Below, one piece after another: positions 41,480 to 55,569 of a stretch of 64,000 nt of DNA (positions are counted from its first letter, which is position 1; every line of letters begins with the position of its first letter). The notes under the pieces are model-generated. The model worked only from the letters and a program-made list of their open reading frames with translations, was not told where the DNA came from and made no database searches. A program made the translations under genes and the position numbers. Source of the DNA: Eledone cirrhosa (taxonomy: Eukaryota); contig CAXHJY010000973.1 of NCBI GenBank assembly GCA_964016885.1, positions 434,001-498,000 on the forward strand, in the 5' to 3' direction.

Positions 41480-43795
41480 CCTTTAAAACCTCCATGGAAC
41501 AAACTACCTTCATCAGTTGTTAGCTGTCGAGACACTGCATTCTTTAAAACCTCCATGGAACAAACTACCTCCATCAGTTGTTAGCTGTCCAGAGACTGCA
41601 TCCTTTAAAACCTCTATGGAACAAACTACTTCCATCAGTTGTTAGCTGTTGAGACACTGCATCCTTTAAAACCTCCGTGGAAAAAACTCCCTGCATCAGT
41701 TGCTAGTAGTTGAGACACTGAATCTTTTTAAACCTCCATGGAACAAACTACCTCCATCAGTTGTTAGCTGTTGACACGTTGCATCCTTTAAAACTTCTAT
41801 GGAACAAACTACCTCCATCAGTTGTTAGCTGTTGAGACACTGCATCCTTTAAAACCTCCATGGAACAAATTACCTGCATCAGTTGTTACCTGTTGAGACA
41901 CTGCATCCTTTAAAACCTCTATGGAGCAAACTATCTGCATCAGTTGTTAGCTGCTGAGACACTGCATCCTTTAAAACCTCCATGGAACAAACTACCTGCA
42001 TCAGTTGTTAGCTGTTGAGACATTGCATCCTTTAAAACCTCTATGGAACAAACTACCTCCATCAGTTGTTAGCTGTTGAGACACTGCATCCTTTAAAACC
42101 TCCATGGAACAAACTACCTGCATCAGTTGTTAGCTGTCCAGAGACTGCATCCTTTAAAACCTCCATGCAACAAACTACCTTCATCGGTTGTTACCTGTCG
42201 ATACACTGCATCCTTTAAAACCTCCATGGAACAAACTACCTGCATCAGTTGTTAGCTGTTGAGACATTGCATCCTTTAAAACCTCTATCGAACAAACTAC
42301 CTCCATCAGTTGTTAGCTGTTGAGACACTGCATCCTTTAAAACCTCCATGGAACAATCTACCTGCATCAGTGGTTACCTGTTGAGACACTGCATCCTTTA
42401 AAACCTCTATGGAACAAACTACATCCATCAGTTGTTAGCTGTTGAGACACTGCATCCTTTAAAACCTCCGTGGAAAAAACTCCCTGCATCAGTTGCTAGC
42501 AGTTGAGACACTGAATCTTTTAAAACCTCCATGGAACAAACTACCTACATCAGTTGTTAGCTGTTGAGACACTGCATCCTTTAAAACCTCCGTGGAAAAA
42601 ACTCCCTGCATCAGTTGCTAGTAGTTGAGACACTGCATCTTTTAAAACCTCCATGGAACAAACTACCTTCATCAGTTGTTAGCTGTCGAGACACTGCATT
42701 CTTTAAAACCTCCATGGAACAAACTACCTCCATCAGTTGTTAGCTGTCCAGAGACTGCATCCTTTAAAACCTCTATGGAACAAACTACTTCCATCAGTTG
42801 TTAGCTGTTGAGACACTGCATCCTTTAAAACCTCCGTGGAAAAAACTCCCTGCATCAGTTGCTAGTAGTTGAGACACTGAATCTTTTTAAACCTCCATGG
42901 AACAAACTACCTCCATCAGTTGTTAGCTGTTGACACGTTGCATCCTTTAAAACTTCTATGGAACAAACTACCTCCATCAGTTGTTAGCTGTTGAGACACT
43001 GCATCCTTTAAAACCTCCATGGAACAAATTACCTGCATCAGTTGTTACCTGTTGAGACACTGCATCCTTTAAAACCTCTATGGAGCAAACTATCTGCATC
43101 AGTTGTTAGCTGCTGAGACACTGCATCCTTTAAAACCTCCATGGAACAAACTACCTGCATCAGTTGTTAGCTGTTGAGACATTGCATCCTTTAAAACCTC
43201 TATGGAACAAACTACCTCCATCAGTTGTTAGCTGTTGAGACACTGCATCCTTTAAAACCTCCATGGAACAAACTACCTGCATCAGTTGTTAGCTGTCCAG
43301 AGACTGCATCCTTTAAAACCTCCATGCAACAAACTACCTTCATCGGTTGTTACCTGTCGATACACTGCATCCTTTAAAACCTCCATGGAACAAACTACCT
43401 GCATCAGTTGTTAGCTGTTGAGACATTGCATCCTTTAAAACCTCTATGGAACAAACTACCTCCATCAGTTGTTAGCTGTTGAGACACTGCATCCTTTAAA
43501 ACCTCCATGGAACAATCTACCTGCATCAGTGGTTACCTGTTGAGACACTGCATCCTTTAAAACCTCTATGGAACAAACTACATCCATCAGTTGTTAGCTG
43601 TTGAGACACTGCATCCTTTAAAACCTCCGTGGAAAAAACTCCCTGCATCAGTTGCTAGCAGTTGAGACACTGAATCTTTTAAAACCTCCATGGAACAAAC
43701 TACCTACATCAGTTGTTAGCTGTTGAGACACTGCATCCTTTAAAACCTCCGTGGAAAAAACTCCCTGCATCAGTTGCTAGTAGTTGAGACACTGA
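41480..43795. repeat. Tandem duplication of 19 monomers (1,159 bp x2)
   Basis: ACTACTTCC at 41630 and 42789. CATCGGTTG, with linked CCATGCAAC, at 42186 and 43345. Both are 1,159 bp apart. Confidence 0.92.
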
Positions 43796-43859
43796 ATCTT
43801 TTAAAACCTCCATGGATCAAACTACCTGCATCAGTTCTTAGCTGTTGAGACACTGCATC

Positions 43860-46800
43860 CTTTAAAACCTCCATGGAACAAACTACCTTCATCAGTTGTT
43901 ACCTGTCGATACACGGCATCCTTTAAAACCTCCATGGAACAAACTACCTGCATCAGTTGTTAGCTGTTGAGACACTGCATCCTTTAAAACCTCCATGGAA
44001 CAAACTACCTGCATCAGTTGTTAGCTGTTGAGACACTGCATCCTTTAAAACCTCCATGGAACAAACTACCTGCATCAGTTGTTAGCTGTCAAGACACTGC
44101 AGCCTTTAAAATCTCCATGGAACAAACTACCTTCATCAGTTGTTAGCTGTCCAGACACTGCATCCTTTAAAACCTCGATGGAACAAACTTCCTTCATCAG
44201 TTGTTAGCTGCTGAGACACTGCATCCTTTAAAACCTCCATGGAACAAACTACCTTCATCAGTTGTTAGCTGCTGAGACACTGCATCCTTTAAAACCGCCA
44301 TGGAACAAACTACCTACATCAGTTGTTAGCTGTTGAGACATGGCATCCATTAAAACCTCTCTGGAACAAACTACCTCCATCAGTTGTTAGCTGTCGATAC
44401 ACTGCATCCTTTAAAACCTCCATGGAACAAACTACCTGCATCAGTTCTTAGCTGTTGACACGTTGCATCCTTTAAAACCTCCATGGAACAAACTACCTTC
44501 ATCAGTTGTTAGCTGTCGGTACACTGCATCCTTTAAAACCTCCATGGAACAAACTACCTTCATCAGTTGTTAGCTGTTGACACGTTGCATCCTTTAAAAC
44601 CTCCATGGAACAAACTACCTTCATCAGTTGTTAGCTGTCGATACACTGCATCCTTTAAAATCTCCATGGAACAAACTACCTTCATCAGTTGTTAGCTGTT
44701 GAGACATTGCATCCTTTAAAACCTCTATGGAACAAACTACCTGCATCAGTTGTTAGCTGTTGAGACATTGCATCCTTTAAAACCTCTATGGAACAAACTA
44801 CCTGCATCAGTTGTTAGCTGTTGACACGTTGCATCCTTTAAAACCTCCATGGAACAAACTACCTGCATCAGTTGTTAGCTGTTGAGACATTGCATCCTTT
44901 AAAACCTCTATGGAACAAACTACCTCCATCAGTTGTTAGCTGTTGAGACACTGCATCCTTTAAAACCTCCGTGGAAAAAACTCCCTGCATCAGTTGCTAG
45001 TAGTTGAGACACTGAATCTTTTAAAACCTCCATGGAACAAACTACCTGCATCAGTTGTTAGCTGTCGAGACACTGCATCCTTTAAAACCTCTATGGAACA
45101 AACTATCTGCATCAGTTGTTAGCTGCTGAGACACTGCATCCTTTAAAACCTCCATGGAACAAACTACCTGCATCAGTTGTTAGCTGTTGAGACATTGCAT
45201 CCTTTAAAACCTCTATGGAACAAACTACCTCCATCAGTTGTTAGCTGTTGAGACACTGCATCCTTTAAAACCTCCATGGAACAAACTACCTGCATCAGTT
45301 GTTAGCTGCTGAGACACTGCATCCTTTAAAACCTCCATGGAAAAAACTACCTTCATCAGTTGTTAGCTGTCCAGAGACTGCATCCTTTAAAACCTCCATG
45401 GAACAAACTACCTTCATCAGTTGTTACCTGTCGATACACTGCATCCTTTAAAACCTCCATGGAACAAACTACCTGCATCAGTTGTTAGCTGTTGAGACAT
45501 TGCATCCTTTAAAACCTCTATGGAACAAACTACCTCCATCAGTTGTTAGCTGTTGAGACACTGCATCCTTTAAAACCTCCATGGAACAATCTACCTGCAT
45601 CAGTGGTTACCTGTTGAGACACTGCATCCTTTAAAACCTCTATGGAACAAACTACCTCCATCAGTTGTTAGCTGTTGAGACACTGCATCCTTTAAAACCT
45701 CCGTGGAAAAAACTCCCTGCATCAGTTGCTAGCAGTTGAGACACTGAATCTTTTAAAACCTCCATGGAACAAACTACCTGCATCAGTTGTTAGCTGTTGA
45801 GACACTGCATCCTTTAAAACCTCTGTGGAAAAAACTCCCTGCATCAGTTGCTAGTAGTTGAGACACTGAATCTTTTAAAACCTCCATGGAACAAACGACC
45901 TGCATCAGTTGTTAGCTGTTGAGACACTGCATCCTTTAAAACCTCCATGGAACAAACTACCTGCATCAGTTGTTAGCTGTTGAGACATTGCATCCTTTAA
46001 AACCTCTATGGAACAAACTACCTCCATCTTTTGTTAGCTGTTGAGACACTGCATCCTTTAAAACCTCCATGGAACAAACTACCTGCATCAGTTGTTAGCT
46101 GCTGAGACACTGCATCCTTTAAAACCTCCATGGAACAAACCACCTTCATCAGTTGTTAGCTGTCGAGACACTGCATCCTTTAAAACCTCCATGGAACAAA
46201 CTACCTGCATCAGTTGTTAGCTGTTGAGACATTGCATCCTTTAAAACCTCTATGGAACAAACTACCTCCATCAGTTGTTAGCTGTTGAGACACTGCATCC
46301 TTTAAAACCTCCGTGGAAAAAACTCCCTGCATCAGTTGCTAGCAGTTGAGACACTGCATCTTTTAAAACCTCTATGGAACAAACTACCTCCATCAGTTGT
46401 TAGATGTTGAGACACTGCATCCTTTAAAACCTCCATGGAACAAACTACCTGCATCAGTTGTTACCTGTTGAGACACTGCATCCTTTAAAACCTCCATGGA
46501 ACAAACTATCTGCATCAGTTGTTAGCTGCTGAGACACTGCATCCTTTAAAACCTCTATGGAACAAACTACATCCATCAGTTGTTAGCTGTTGAGACATTG
46601 CATCCTTTAAAACCTCCGTGGAAAAAACTCCCTGCATCAGTTGCTAGCAGTTGAGACACTGAATCTTTTAAAACCTCCATGGAACAAACTACCTGCATCA
46701 GTTGTTAGCTGTTGAGACACTGCATCCTTTAAAACCTCCATGGAACAAACTACCTACATCAGTTGTTAGCTGTTGAGACATTGCATCCTTTAAAACCTCT

Positions 46801-49300
46801 ATGGAACAAACTACCTCCATCAGTTGTTAGCTGTTGAGACACTGCATCCTTTAAAACCTCCATGGAACAAACTACCTTCATCAGTTGTTAGCTGTCGAGA
46901 CACTGCATTCTTTAAAACCTCCATGGAACAAACTACCTCCATCAGTTGTTAGCTGTTGAGACATTGCATCCTTTAAAACCTCTATGGAACAAACTACCTC
47001 CATCAGTTGTTAGCTGTTGAGACACTGCATCCTTTAAAACCTCCGTGGAAAAAACTCCCTGCATCAGTTGCTAGTAGTTGAGACACTGAATCTTTTTAAA
47101 CCTCCATGGAACAAACTACCTTCATCAGTTGTTAGCTGTTGACACGTTGCATCCTTTAAAACTTCTATGGAACAAACTACCTCCATCAGTTGTTAGCTGT
47201 TGAGACACTGCATCCTTTAAAACCTCCATGGAACAAATTACCTGCATCAGTTGTTACCTGTTGAGACACTGCATCCTTTAAAACCTCTATGGAGCAAACT
47301 ATCTGCATCAGTTGTTAGCTGCTGAGACACTGCATCCTTTAAAACCTCCATGGAACAAACTACCTGCATCAGTTGTTAGCTGTTGAGACATTGCATCCTT
47401 TAAAACCTCTATGGAACAAACTACCTCCATCAGTTGTTAGCTGTTGAGACACTGCATCCTTTAAAACCTCCATGGAACAAACTACCTGCATCAGTTGTTA
47501 GCTGTCCAGAGACTGCATCCTTTAAAACCTCCATGGAACAAACTACCTTCATCAGTTGTTACCTGTCGATACACTGCATCCTTTAAAACCTCCATGGAAC
47601 AAACTACCTGCATCAGTTGTTAGCTGGTGAGACATTGCATCCTTTAAAACCTCTATGGAACAAACTACCTCCATCAGTTGTTAGCTGTTGAGACACTGCA
47701 TCCTTTAAAACCTCCATGGAACAATCTACCTGCATCAGTGGTTACCTGTTGAGACACTGCATCCTTTAAAACCTCTATGGAACAAACTACATCCATCAGT
47801 TGTTAGCTGTTGAGACACTGCATCCTTTAAAACCTCCGTGGAAAAAACTCCCTGCATCAGTTGCTAGCAGTTGAGACACTGAATCTTTTAAAACCTCCAT
47901 GGAACAAACTACCTACATCAGTTGTTAGCTGTTGAGACACTGCATCCTTTAAAACCTCCGTGGAAAAAACTCCCTGCATCAGTCGCTAGTAGTTGAGACA
48001 CTGAATCTTTTAAAACCTCCATGGAACAAATTACCTTCATCAGTTGTTACCTGTCGATACACGGCATCCTTTAAAACCTCCATGGAACAAACTACCTGCA
48101 TCAGTTGTTAGCTGTTGAGACACTGCATCCTTTAAAACCTCCATGGAACAAACTACCTGCATCAGTTGTTAGCTGTCAAGACACTGCAGCCTTTAAAATC
48201 TCCATGGAACAAACTACCTTCATCAGTTGTTAGCTGTCCAGACACTGCATCCTTTAAAACCTCGATGGAACAAACTACCTTCATCAGTTGTTAGCTGCTG
48301 AGACACTGCATCCTTTAAAACCTCCATGGAACAAACTACCTTCATCAGTTGTTAGCTACTGAGACACTGCATCCTTTAAAACCGCCATGGAACAAACTAC
48401 CTGCATCAGTTGTTAGCTGTTGAGACATGGCATCCATTAAAACCTCTCTGGAACAAACTACCTCCATCAGTTGTTAGCTGTCGATACACTGCATCCTTTA
48501 AAACCTCCATGGAACAAACTACCTTCATCAGTTGTTAGCTGTCGATACACTGCATCCTTTAAAACCTCCATGGAACAAACTACCTTCATCAGTTGTTAGC
48601 TGTTGACACGTTGCATACTTTAAAACCTCCATGGAACAAACTACCTTCATCAGTTGTTAGCTGTCGATACACTGCATCCTTTAAAACCTCCATGGAACAA
48701 ACTACCTTCATCAGTTGTTAGCTGTTGAGACATTGCATCCTTTAAAACCTCTATGGAACAAACTACCTGCATCAGTTGTTAGCTGTTGAGACATTGCATC
48801 CTTTAAAACCTCTATGGAACAAACTACCTGCATCAGTTGTTAGCTGTTGACACGTTGCATCCTTTAAAACCTCCATGGAACAAACTACCTGCATCAGTTG
48901 TTAGCTGTTGAGACATTGCATCCTTTAAAACCTCTATGGAACAAACTACCTCCATCAGTTGTTAGCTGTTGAGACACTGCATCCTTTAAAACCTCCGTGG
49001 AAAAAACTCCCTGCATCAGTTGCTAGTAGTTGAGACACTGAATCTTTTAAAACCTCCATGGAACAAACTACCTGCATCAGTTGTTACCTGTTGAGACACT
49101 GCATCCTTTAAAACCTCTATGGAACAAACTATCTGCATCAGTTGTTAGCTGCTGAGACACTGCATCCTTTAAAACCTCCATGGAACAAACTACCTGCATC
49201 AGTTGTTAGCTGTTGAGACATTGCATCCTTTAAAACCTCTATGGAACAAACTACCTCCATCAGTTGTTAGCTGTTGAGACACTGCATCCTTTAAAACCTC
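43860..49300. repeat. Dispersed block duplication ~43.9-45.3 kb and ~48.0-49.3 kb (offset ~67 monomers, 4,087 bp)
   Basis: CATGGCATCCATT at 44342 and 48429. Each is followed by an unusual run of AGCTGTCGATAC and GTTGACACGTTG monomers and then two CTATGG-ACCTGC monomers. Confidence 0.7.
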
Positions 49301-52269
49301 CATGGATCAAACTACCTGCATCAGTTGTTAGCTGTTGAGACACTGCATCCTTTAAAACCTCTATGGAACAAACTATCTGCATCAGTTGTTAGCTGCTGAG
49401 ACACTGCATCCTTTAAAACCTCCATGGAACAAACTACCTGCATCAGTGGTTACCTGTTGAGACACTGCATCCTTTAAAACCTCTATGGAACAAACTACCT
49501 CCATCAGTTGTTAGCTGTTGAGACACTGCATCCTTTAAAACCTCCGTGGAAAAAACTCCCTGCATCAGTTGCTAGCAGTTGAGACACTGAATCTTTTAAA
49601 ACCTCCATGGATCAAACTACCTGCATCAGTTGTTAGCTGTTGAGACACTGCATCCTTTAAAACCTCTGTGGAAAAAACTCCCTGCATCAGTTGCTAGTAG
49701 TTGAGACACTGAATCTTTTAAAACCTCCATGGAACAAACGACCTGCATCAGTTGTTACCTGTTGAGACACTGCATCCTTTAAAACCTCTATGGAACAAAC
49801 TATCTGCATCAGTTGTTAGCTGCTGAGACACTGCATCCTTTAAAACCTCCATGGAACAAACTACCTGCATCAGTTGTTAGCTGTTGAGACATTGCATCCT
49901 TTAAAACCTCTATGGAACAAACTACCTCCATCAGTTGTTAGCTGTTGAGACACTGCATCCTTTAACACCTCCATGGAACAAACTACCTGCATCAGTTGTT
50001 AGCTGCTGAGACACTGCATCCTTTAAAACCTCCATGGAAAAAACTACCTTCATCAGTTGTTAGCTGTCCAGAGACTGCATCCTTTAAAACCTCCATGGAA
50101 CAAACTACCTTCATCAGTTGTTACCTGTCGATACACTGCATCCTTTAAAACCTCCATGGAACAAACTACCTGCATCAGTTGTTAGCTGTTGAGACATTGC
50201 ATCCTTTAAAACCTCTATGGAACAAACTACCTCCATCTTTTGTTAGCTGTTGAGACACTGCATCCTTTAAAACCTCCATGGAACAAACTACCTGCATCAG
50301 TTGTTAGCTGCTGAGACACTGCATCCTTTAAAACCTCCATGGAACAAACCACCTTCATCAGTTGTTAGCTGTCGAGACACTGCATCCTTTAAAACCTCCA
50401 TGGAACAAACTACCTGCATCAGTTGTTAGCTGTTGAGACATTGCATCCTTTAAAACCTCTATGGAACAAACTACCTCCATCAGTTGTTAGCTGTTGAGAC
50501 ACTGCATCCTTTAAAACCTCTGTGGAAAAAACTCCCTGCATCAGTTGCTAGCAGTTGAGACACTGCATCTTTTAAAACCTCTATGGAACAAACTACCTCC
50601 ATCAGTTGTTAGATGTTGAGACACTGCATCCTTTAAAACCTCCATGGAACAAACTACCTGCATCAGTTGTTACCTGTTGAGACACTGCATCCTTTAAAAC
50701 CTTCATGGAACAAACTATGTGCATCAGTTGTTAGCTGCTGAGACACTGCATCCTTTAAAACCTCTATGGAACAAACTACATCCATCAGTTGTTAGCTGTT
50801 GAGACACTGCATCCTTTAAAACCTCCGTGGAAAAAACTCCCTGCATCAGTTGCTAGCAGTTGAGAGACTGAATCTTTTAAAACCTCCACGGAACAAACTA
50901 CCTACATCAGTTGTTAGCTGTTGAGACACTGCATCCTTTAAAACCTCCGTGGAAAAAACTCCCTGCATCAGTTGCTAGTAGTTGAGACACTGAATCTTTT
51001 AAAACCTCCATGGATCAAACTACCTGCATCAGTTGTTACCTGTTGAGACACTGCATCCTTTAAAACCTTCATGGAACAAACTATCTGCATCAGTTGTTAG
51101 CTGCTGAGACACTGCATCCTTTAAAACCTCTATGGAACAAACTACATCCATCAGTTGTTAGCTGTTGAGACACTGCATCCTTTAAAACCTCCATGGAACA
51201 AACTACCTTCATCAGTTGTTACCTGTCGATACACGGCATCCTTTAAAACCTCCATGGAACAAACTACCTGCATCAGTTGTTAGCTGTTGAGACACTGCAT
51301 CCTTTAAAACCTCCATGGAACAAACTACCTGCATCTGTTGTTAGCTGTCAAGACACTGCAGCCTTTAAAATCTCCATGGAACAAACTACCTTCATCAGTT
51401 GTTACCTGTCGATACACTGCATCCTTTAAAACCTCCATGGAACAAACTACCTCCATCAGTTGTTAGCTGTTGAGACACTGCATCCTTTAAAACCTCCATG
51501 GAACAAACTACCTGCATCAGTTGTTAGCTGTCAAGACACTGCATCCTTTAAAACCTCGATGGAACAAACTACCTTCATCAGTTGTTAGCTACTGAGACAC
51601 TGCAACCTTTAAAACCTCCATGGAACAAACTACCTTCATCAGTTGTTAGCTGCTTAGACACTGCATCCTTTAAAACCTCCATGGAACAAACTACCTACAT
51701 CAGTTGTTAGCTGTTGAGACATGGCATCCATTAAAACCTCTCTGGAACAAACTACCTCCATCAGTTGTTAGCTGTTGAGACACTGCATCCTTTAAAACCT
51801 CCATGGAACAAACTACCTTCATCAGTTGTTAGCTGTTGACACGTTGCATCCTTTAAAACCTCCATGGAACAAACTACCTTCATCAGTTGTTAGCTGTCGA
51901 GACACTGCATTCTTTAAAACCTCCATGGAACAAACTACCTCCATCAGTTGTTAGCTGTTGAGACATTGCATCCTTTAAAACCTCCATGGAACAAACTACC
52001 TCCATCAGTTGTTAGCTGTTGAGACACTGCATCCTTTAAAACCTCCGTGGAATAAACTCCCTGCATCAGTTGCTAGTAGTTGAGACACTGCATCCTTTAA
52101 AACCTCTATGGAACAAACTATCTGCATCAGTTGTTAGCTACTGAGACATTGCATCCTTTAAAACCTCCATGGAACAAACTACCTGCATCAGTTGTTAGCT
52201 GTTGAGACATTGCATCCTTTAAAACCTCTATGGAACAAACTACCTCCATCAGTTGTTAGCTGTTGAGAC

Positions 52270-55200
52270 ACTGCATCCTTTAAAACCTCCATGGAACAAA
52301 CTACCTGCATCAGTTGTTAGCTGCTGAGACACTGCATCCTTTAAAACCTCCATGGAACAAACTACCTTCATCAGTTGTTAGCTGCTGAGACACTGCATCC
52401 TTTAAAACCTCCATGGAACAAACTACCTTCATCAGTTGTTAGCTGCTGAGACACTGCATCCTTTAAAACCTCCATGGATCAAACTACCTTCATCAGTTGT
52501 TAGCTGTCGAGACACTGCATTCTTTAAAACCTCCATGGAACAAACTACCTCCATCAGTTGTTAGCTGTTGAGACACTGCATCCTTTAAAACCTCCGTGGA
52601 AAAAACTCCCTGCATCAGTTGCTAGTAGTTGAGACACTGCATCCTTTAAAACCTCTATGGAACAAACTATCTGCATCAGTTGTTAGCTGCTGAGACACTG
52701 CATCCTTTAAAACCTCCATGGAACAAACTACCTGCATCAGTTGGTAGCTGTTGAGACATTGCATCCTTTAAAACCTCTATGGAACAAACTACCTCCATCA
52801 GTTGTTAGCTGTTGAGACACTGCATCCTTTAAAACCTCCATGGAACAAACTACCTGCATCAGTTGTTAGCTGCTGAGACACTGCATCCTTTAAAACCTCC
52901 ATGGAAAAAACTACCTTCATCAGTTGTTAGCTGTCCAGAGACTGCATCCTTTAAAACCTCCATGGAACAAACTACCTTCATCAGTTGTTACCTGTCGATA
53001 CACTGCATCCTTTAAAACCTCCATGGAACAAACTACCTGCATCAGTTGTTAGCTGTTGAGACATTGCATCCTTTAAAACCTCTATGGAACAAACTACCTC
53101 CATCAGTTGTTAGCTGTTGAGACACTGCATCCTTTAAAACCTCCATGGAACAATCTACCTGCATCAGTGGTTACCTGTTGAGACACTGCATCCTTTAAAA
53201 CCTCTATGGAACAAACTACCTCCATCAGTTGTTAGCTGTTGAGACACTGCATCCTTTAAAACCTCCGTGGAAAAAACTCCCTGCATCAGTTGCTAGCAGT
53301 TGAGACACTGAATCTTTTAAAACCTCCATGGAACAAACTACCTGCATCAGTTGTTAGCTGTTGACACGTTGCATCCTTTAAAACCTCTATGGAACAAACT
53401 ACCTCCATCAGTTGTTAGCTGTTGAGACACTGCATCCTTTAAAACCTCTGTGGAAAAAACTCCCTGCATCAGTTGCTAGTAGTTGAGACACTGAATCTTT
53501 TAAAACCTCCATGGAACAAACTACCTGCATCAGTTGTTAGCTGTTGACACGTTGCATCCTTTAAAACCTCTATGGAACAAACTACCTCCATCAGTTGTTA
53601 GCTGTTGAGACACTGCATCCTTTAAAACCTCCATGGAACAAACTACCTGCATCAGTTGTTACCTGTTGAGACACTGCATCCTTTAAAACCTCCATGGAAC
53701 AAACGATCTGCATCAATTGTTAGCTGCTGAGACACTGCATCCTTTAAAACCTCCATGGAACAAACTACCTTCATCAGTTGTTACCTGTCGATACACTGCA
53801 TCCTTTAAAACCTCCATGGAACATACTACCTACATCAGTTGTTAGCTGTTGAGACATTGCATCCTTTAAAACCTCTATGGAACAAACTACCTCCATCAGT
53901 TGTTAGCTGACGAGACACTGCATCCTTTAAAACCTCCATGGAACAAACTACCTGCATCAGTTGTTAGCTGCTGAGACACTGCATCCTTTAAAACCTCCAT
54001 GGAACAAACTACCTTCATCAGTTGTTAGCTGCTGAGACACTGCATCCTTTAAAACCTCCATGGAACAAACTACCTTCATCAGTTGTTAGCTGCTGAGACA
54101 CTGCATCCTTTAAAACCTCCATGGATCAAACTACCTTCATCAGTTGTTAGCTGTCGAGACACTGCATTCTTTAAAACCTCCATGGAACAAACTACCTCCA
54201 TCAGTTGTTAGCTGTTGAGACACTTCATCCTTTAAAACCTCCGTGGAAAAAACTCCCTGCATCAGTTGCTAGTAGTTGAGACACTGCATCCTTTAAAACC
54301 TCTATGGAACAAACTATCTGCATCAGTTGTTAGCTGCTGAGACACTGCATCCTTTAAAACCTCCATGGAACAAACTACCTGCATCAGTTGGTAGCTGTTG
54401 AGACATTGCATCCTTTAAAACCTCTATGGAACAAACTACCTCCATCAGTTGTTAGCTGTTGAGACACTGCATCCTTTAAAACCTCCATGGAACAAACTAC
54501 CTGCATCAGTTGTTAGCTGCTGAGACACTGCATCCTTTAAAACCTCCATGGAAAAAACTACCTTCATCAGTTGTTAGCTGTCCAGAGACTGCATCCTTTA
54601 AAACCTCCATGGAACAAACTACCTTCATCAGTTGTTACCTGTCGATACACTGCATCCTTTAAAACCTCCATGGAACAAACTACCTGCATCAGTTGTTAGC
54701 TGTTGAGACATTGCATCCTTTAAAACCTCTATGGAACAAACTACCTCCATCAGTTGTTAGCTGTTGAGACACTGCATCCTTTAAAACCTCCATGGAACAA
54801 TCTACCTGCATCAGTGGTTACCTGTTGATACACTGCATCCTTTAAAACCTCTATGGAACAAACTACCTCCATCAGTTGTTAGCTGTTGAGACACTGCATC
54901 CTTTAAAACCTCCGTGGAAAAAACTCCCTGCATCAGTTGCTAGCAGTTGAGACACTGAATCTTTTAAAACCTCCATGGAACAAACTACCTGCATCAGTTG
55001 TTAGCTGTTGACACGTTGCATCCTTTAAAACCTCTATGGAACAAACTACCTCCATCAGTTGTTAGCTGTTGAGACACTGCATCCTTTAAAACCTCTGTGG
55101 AAAAAACTCCCTGCATCAGTTGCTAGTAGTTGAGACACTGAATCTTTTAAAACCTCCATGGAACAAACTACCTGCATCAGTTGTTAGCTGTTGACACGTT

Positions 55201-55565
55201 GCATCCTTAAAAACCTCTATGGAACAAACTACCTCCATCAGTTGTTAGCTGTTGAGACACTGCATCCTTTAAAACCTCCATGGAACAAACTACCTGCATC
55301 AGTTGTTACCTGTTGAGACACTGCATCCTTTAAAACCTCCATGGAACAAACGATCTGCATCAATTGTTAGCTGCTGAGACACTGCATCCTTTAAAACCTC
55401 CATGGAACAAACTACCTTCATCAGTTGTTACCTGTCGATACACTGCATCCTTTAAAACCTCCATGGAACATACTACCTACATCAGTTGTTAGCTGTTGAG
55501 ACATTGCATCCTTTAAAACCTCTATGGAACAAACTACCTCCATCAGTTGTTAGCTGACGAGACAC
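52270..55565. repeat. Tandem duplication of 27 monomers (1,647 bp x2)
   Basis: TTGGTAG at 52744 and 54391, AAACGATCTGCATCAATT at 53705 and 55352, AACATACTACCTAC at 53824 and 55471. All are 1,647 bp apart. Confidence 0.92.
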
Positions 55566-55569
55566 TGTA

